A model generated the notes under the pieces. The model ran no database searches. It was not told where the DNA came from and was given only the letters and a program-made list of their open reading frames with translations. A DNA stretch of 64,000 nt from a virus. This document shows, piece after piece, positions 59,874-64,000 of this stretch (its first letter is position 1; the number at the start of each line of letters is the position of its first letter). The stretch is from the IMG/VR virus record IMGVR_UViG_3300021961_000044, positions 28,987-92,986 of that record; one strand, 5' to 3'. Made by a program: the position numbers and the translations under genes.

Positions 59874-62167
59874 CTAACGGCACTAAGGTAAAAAAACGTG
59901 ATGGGAGAATTGAGCCACTTGATCTAGATAAGATGCATTTGATGGTTGAAGAGGCAACCAAGGGTCTTGCAGGGGTCTCTGCAAGTCAAGTTGAAATGAA
60001 GTCTGGAATTCAATTTTATGATGGAATTACCACAGCAGAGATTCAGGAAATTCTGATCCGTTCTGCTTCAGATTTGATTGATCTAGACCACCCAAACTAC
60101 CAATATGTTGCCGCAAGGCTACTTCTGTTTTCTGTTCGTAAACAACTTTACGGAAAGATGAGAGAACTTCCTACACTTGAGCAGCACATTATGGATTGTG
60201 TTTCGGCGGAAGTATACGATTCTGATATATACAACAAGTATTCTCAAGAAGAAATTGAGAAAGTTGATAGTTACATCGATCATCATCGTGACTTCTTGTT
60301 CACTTATGCAGGTCTACGTCAGGTCGTTGATAAGTACCTCGTGCAGGATCGAAGCAATGGTGGAGTATATGAAACTCCACAGTTTATGTACATGATGATT
60401 GCTTTGACCATTTTTGCAGAATACCCAAAAGAAACACGTCTCTCTTATGTGAAGAGGTACTACGATGCAATCTCAAAGCACAAAATCAACATCCCAACCC
60501 CAATCATGGCGGGAGTGCGGACTCCACTTAGACAATTTGCTAGCTGTGTCCTTGTTGACGTTGATGACACCCTCGATAGTATCTTTAGTAGCGATATGGC
60601 TATTGGCAGATATGTTGCACAAAGGGCGGGCATCGGTATCAACGCAGGCAGAATCCGTGGGATCAACAGTAAGATCCGAGGTGGAGAAGTTCAGCACACG
60701 GGTGTTGTACCGTTCCTCAAAAAGTTTGAGTCAACTGTCCGATGCTGTACACAGAATGGCATCAGAGGTGGATCAGCGACAGTACACTTCCCAATTTGGC
60801 ACCAAGAAATAGAAGACATTATTGTCTTAAAAAATAACAAAGGAACCGAAGATAATCGTGTTCGTAAGTTAGACTATAGTATTCAAATCAGCAAACTCTT
60901 CTATGAACGATTTATCCAAGATGGAGAAATCACACTTTTCTCCCCGCATGACGTTCCTGGTCTGTATGATGCTTTTGGTACTCCTGGATTTGACGACTTG
61001 TATGTGGGTTATGAACGAAATAACTCAATTCCAAGAAAGACTATCGGGGCTCAAGAACTCATTCTTAATCTTCTGAAAGAACGTGCTGAGACTGGTCGTA
61101 TTTACATCATGAATATTGATCACTGCAACTCTCATTCTTCTTTTAAAGATAAGGTGGAGATGAGTAATCTTTGCCAAGAAATCACCTTGCCAACTTATCC
61201 AATTCAACACATTGATGATGATCATGGAGAAATTGCATTGTGCATTCTTTCTGCGATTAATGTTGGCAAAGTTAAGTCTGATACTGAATTAGAGGAACTT
61301 TGTGATCTTTCTGTGCGTGGATTGGAAGAATTGATTGACTATCAAAAGTATCCTGTAGCCGCTGCAGAACGCGCTACAAAGGCACGTAGATCCCTTGGAG
61401 TCGGTTTTATTGGTCTTGCCCACTATCTTGCTAAATTGGGATATAGTTATGACTCTCAAGAAGCATGGGACGCTGTTCATGGACTTTCTGAATCCTTCCA
61501 GTATTATCTTCTGAAAGCATCAAATCAACTCGCTAAAGAGAAGGGATACTGCGAATACTTTGGACGTACCAAGTATGCGGATGGAATTCTTCCTATCGAT
61601 ACATATAAAAAGGATGTAGACGAAATTACTTCTATTAATCTGGATCATGATTGGGAAAGTCTTAGAGCATCTATCTTGGAATACGGTTTACGACACAGCA
61701 CGTTGTCCGCACAAATGCCATCGGAAAGTAGTTCCGTTGTGTCAAATGCCACAAACGGAATCGAACCTCCTAGAGACTACCTGTCCATTAAGAAATCAAA
61801 GAAGGGACCTCTTAAGCAAATTGTTCCGCAGTATACTACGCTGAAGAATAACTATACTTTGCTATGGGATATGGAAGATAATTCTGGATATATTAAGATC
61901 GTAGCAGTAATGCAAAAATTCTTTGACCAAGCAATTTCAGGAAACTGGTCATATAACCCAGAACATTTCCCCGATAATGAAATTCCTATTTCTGTTTGGG
62001 CAAATGATCTTTTGACTACATATAAGTACGGGTGGAAGACATCCTATTATCAGAACACACATGATCTAAAAAATGATGATGCAGGTGAAGACAAATCTGA
62101 ATTGGAAAATCTAATTCAAGAATTAAGTAAGTTAGAGGAGGGAGAGTGTGAATCCTGTGCAGTTTAA
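59870..62167 (+). CDS. nrdA: Class I ribonucleotide reductase alpha subunit
   Basis: ATP cone VKKRDG, PTP, SCVL, SNLCQE, MPSE, C-term CESC. Confidence 0.97.
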   Translation: MTNGTKVKKRDGRIEPLDLDKMHLMVEEATKGLAGVSASQVEMKSGIQFYDGITTAEIQEILIRSASDLIDLDHPNYQYVAARLLLFSVRKQLYGKMRELPTLEQHIMDCVSAEVYDSDIYNKYSQEEIEKVDSYIDHHRDFLFTYAGLRQVVDKYLVQDRSNGGVYETPQFMYMMIALTIFAEYPKETRLSYVKRYYDAISKHKINIPTPIMAGVRTPLRQFASCVLVDVDDTLDSIFSSDMAIGRYVAQRAGIGINAGRIRGINSKIRGGEVQHTGVVPFLKKFESTVRCCTQNGIRGGSATVHFPIWHQEIEDIIVLKNNKGTEDNRVRKLDYSIQISKLFYERFIQDGEITLFSPHDVPGLYDAFGTPGFDDLYVGYERNNSIPRKTIGAQELILNLLKERAETGRIYIMNIDHCNSHSSFKDKVEMSNLCQEITLPTYPIQHIDDDHGEIALCILSAINVGKVKSDTELEELCDLSVRGLEELIDYQKYPVAAAERATKARRSLGVGFIGLAHYLAKLGYSYDSQEAWDAVHGLSESFQYYLLKASNQLAKEKGYCEYFGRTKYADGILPIDTYKKDVDEITSINLDHDWESLRASILEYGLRHSTLSAQMPSESSSVVSNATNGIEPPRDYLSIKKSKKGPLKQIVPQYTTLKNNYTLLWDMEDNSGYIKIVAVMQKFFDQAISGNWSYNPEHFPDNEIPISVWANDLLTTYKYGWKTSYYQNTHDLKNDDAGEDKSELENLIQELSKLEEGECESCAV

Positions 62168-63338
62168 AATTTCTTCCATGGAAGATCCTTCAACACCTAT
62201 TAAAGGCATGACAGTCTTTAATACTGAACAAGTTAATACTAGAAAGCAACCGATGTTTTTCGGTAAACCTCTGGGAGTCCAGAGATATGATTCATACAAA
62301 TATCCAATCTTCGATAAACTCACCACACAACAGTTGGGATACTTCTGGAGACCCGAAGAAGTCTCTCTGCAGAAGGATCGTGGAGACTATCAAACACTCC
62401 GTCCAGAACAAAAGCATATCTATACTTCTAATCTGAAGTATCAGATTATGCTTGACTCCGTTCAGGGACGTGCTCCTGGAATGGCATTTATTCCATATTG
62501 CTCTCTTCCTGAACTTGAGGCATGTATGGAAGTGTGGGGATTCATGGAGATGATCCACAGTCGTTCTTACACCTACATTATCAAAAATGTCTATTCCGAC
62601 CCTTCCGAGGTGTTTGATAAGATTGTCACCGACGAGCGCATTCTAGAGCGTTCTAGAAGCGTTACAGAGACTTATGATGACTTCATTAACAGCGCTCAAC
62701 TTTGGGGCACAGGAAATATGTGGAAAGAAGATTTCAGATCTTCACCTAGCTCTCAATGGGAGATGAAAGATGTTAAGAGAAAACTCTACAGAGCGGTTGC
62801 AAATGTCAACATTCTTGAAGGAATTAGATTTTACGTCTCGTTTGCATGTTCTTTCGCCTTTGGCGAACTTAAGCTCATGGAAGGATCGGCTAAAATTATC
62901 AGCCTCATCGCAAGAGACGAAAACCAACACTTAGCGATCACTCAAAATATTCTTAATAAATGGGCTGCTGGAGATGATCCAGAAATGAAACAGATCATGA
63001 AAGAAGAAGAAGAGTGGACCTATAAGATGTTTGATAATGCTGTAAATGAAGAAAAGCGTTGGGCAGATTACTTGTTTAGAGATGGATCTATGGTAGGTCT
63101 AAACGATAAACTTTTACAGCAATATGTTGAGTGGGTTGCAAATAGGAGACTTAAATCTATCGGTCTGAAACCACAGTACGATATTGCAGCCAATAATAAT
63201 CCACTACCTTGGACAGAACACTGGATTTCTTCAAAAGGTCTTCAGGTTGCTCCTCAAGAAACTGAGGTAGAATCTTATGTAGTAGGGGGTATCAAACAAG
63301 ATGTTACCAAAAATACTTTCTCAGGATTCAAACTATGA
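62148..63338 (+). CDS. nrdB: Class I ribonucleotide reductase beta subunit
   Basis: FWRPEE, EMIHSRSY, EGIRFY, RDENQH, APQETE.ESY. Confidence 0.97.
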   Translation: MNPVQFKISSMEDPSTPIKGMTVFNTEQVNTRKQPMFFGKPLGVQRYDSYKYPIFDKLTTQQLGYFWRPEEVSLQKDRGDYQTLRPEQKHIYTSNLKYQIMLDSVQGRAPGMAFIPYCSLPELEACMEVWGFMEMIHSRSYTYIIKNVYSDPSEVFDKIVTDERILERSRSVTETYDDFINSAQLWGTGNMWKEDFRSSPSSQWEMKDVKRKLYRAVANVNILEGIRFYVSFACSFAFGELKLMEGSAKIISLIARDENQHLAITQNILNKWAAGDDPEMKQIMKEEEEWTYKMFDNAVNEEKRWADYLFRDGSMVGLNDKLLQQYVEWVANRRLKSIGLKPQYDIAANNNPLPWTEHWISSKGLQVAPQETEVESYVVGGIKQDVTKNTFSGFKL

Positions 63339-63453
63339 TGAATGGTGCGAACAAGAAATCATAAATGCCTATATTGAAGCAGCAGAGTGTGATGAGTATT
63401 TGTTTGGAGATTATGACTATTGTAAAGAATGGGGAGTAGGCATAACTACTTAA
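63301..63453 (+). CDS. Small acidic hypothetical protein overlapping nrdB end (50 aa)
   Basis: MLPKILSQDSNYDEWCEQEIINAYIEAAECDEYLFGDYDY... Confidence 0.5.
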   Translation: MLPKILSQDSNYDEWCEQEIINAYIEAAECDEYLFGDYDYCKEWGVGITT

Positions 63454-63464
63454 GTATTATAGAT

Positions 63465-63489
63465 AGAGGAGGCAATACTCCTCTTTTTT
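63465..63489 (+). terminator. Rho-independent terminator
   Basis: AGAGGAG-gcaata-CTCCTCT followed by T run. Confidence 0.8.
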
Positions 63490-63492
63490 ATT

Positions 63493-63648
63493 GTGTCAAA
63501 AAATCAACTGAAGAAAGACGAATTTAGAGTTCGTGTGTTAAACTTAAAAAACGAATTACATCAAGAAGGATGGTCTCAGGGCATCTCTCATCTTGCTGAT
63601 AAATATCTGAACAAGGTTCTTGATATGATTGATGAGTATAGATATTGA
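63493..63648 (+). CDS. Small hypothetical protein (51 aa, GTG start)
   Basis: MSKNQLKKDEFRVRVLNLKNEL...KYLNKVLDMIDEYRY. Confidence 0.6.
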   Translation: MSKNQLKKDEFRVRVLNLKNELHQEGWSQGISHLADKYLNKVLDMIDEYRY

Positions 63649-64000
63649 TTATGAAAACCCCTGGATGTATAATGAGAGTGCTTTTACCAGTGATGATATT
63701 GGGGATAACTACGGTTTTGTTTATCTCATTACCAATCTCACCAACGGACGAGCGTACATTGGTAGAAAGTATTTTTGGTCTCACCGAAAACCGCCAGGAA
63801 AAAAACGCAGAGTAAAAAAAGAATCCGATTGGAAAAAGTATTATGGGTCTTGTCCAGAACTTAAAGAAGAAATTGAACAACTTGGGAGACAAAATTTTAG
63901 TCGAACTATCTTGTCTCTACATAAAACAGCTGGCAAAACAAACTACGAAGAAACAAGACAACTCTTCACCAATAATGTCCTCACCGAGTCCCTTGACGAC
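63632..64000 (+). CDS. GIY-YIG family endonuclease-like protein (3'-truncated by window edge)
   Basis: YGFVYLITN...YIGRK...ESDWKKYYGS. Confidence 0.8.
   Translation, partial: MSIDIDYENPWMYNESAFTSDDIGDNYGFVYLITNLTNGRAYIGRKYFWSHRKPPGKKRRVKKESDWKKYYGSCPELKEEIEQLGRQNFSRTILSLHKTAGKTNYEETRQLFTNNVLTESLDD

Noticed and set aside
44660-63338. Introns or inteins in gp43, gp41, nrdA, nrdB
   Set aside because: All are continuous, of ordinary length, and without splice motifs
1061-63892. Numerous minus-strand and alternate-frame ORFs in the track (e.g. 4419-4874, 10765-11433, 32948-33433, 35413-35982, 54324-54926)
   Set aside because: They shadow well-supported + strand genes and lack recognisable motifs or RBS

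Overview
This 64-kb window is the core of a T4-like cyanomyovirus (Kyanoviridae-type) genome, and essentially every gene is on the + strand. The structural block runs gp13-gp16, then a ~10.8-kb variable fibre and internal-protein island, then gp17-gp23 and gp3. The recombination/replication block follows: uvsY, uvsW, gp55, gp47, gp46, a peptidase-VWA/MoxR-AAA pair, gp45, gp44, dam, gp62, regA, hsp20, gp43, uvsX, gp41, mazG and tRNA-Ala. It ends with putative internal head proteins, gp61, nrdA and nrdB. Many TAAATA late promoters and several sigma70 promoters are visible. The most notable non-annotated signals are: (1) a canonical host NtcA-type promoter driving two unannotated ~25-aa hydrophobic microproteins right after hsp20; (2) a ROSE-like RNA thermometer in the hsp20 leader; (3) a near-consensus antisense sigma70 promoter back-to-back with the gp55 promoter; (4) T4-like capsid-targeting N-termini, one on a nucleotidyltransferase; (5) a possible head-to-tail motif code in the fibre cluster; (6) a 1-nt frameshift splitting the peptidase-VWA gene. 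All calls come from reading motifs and synteny; no database searches were run.
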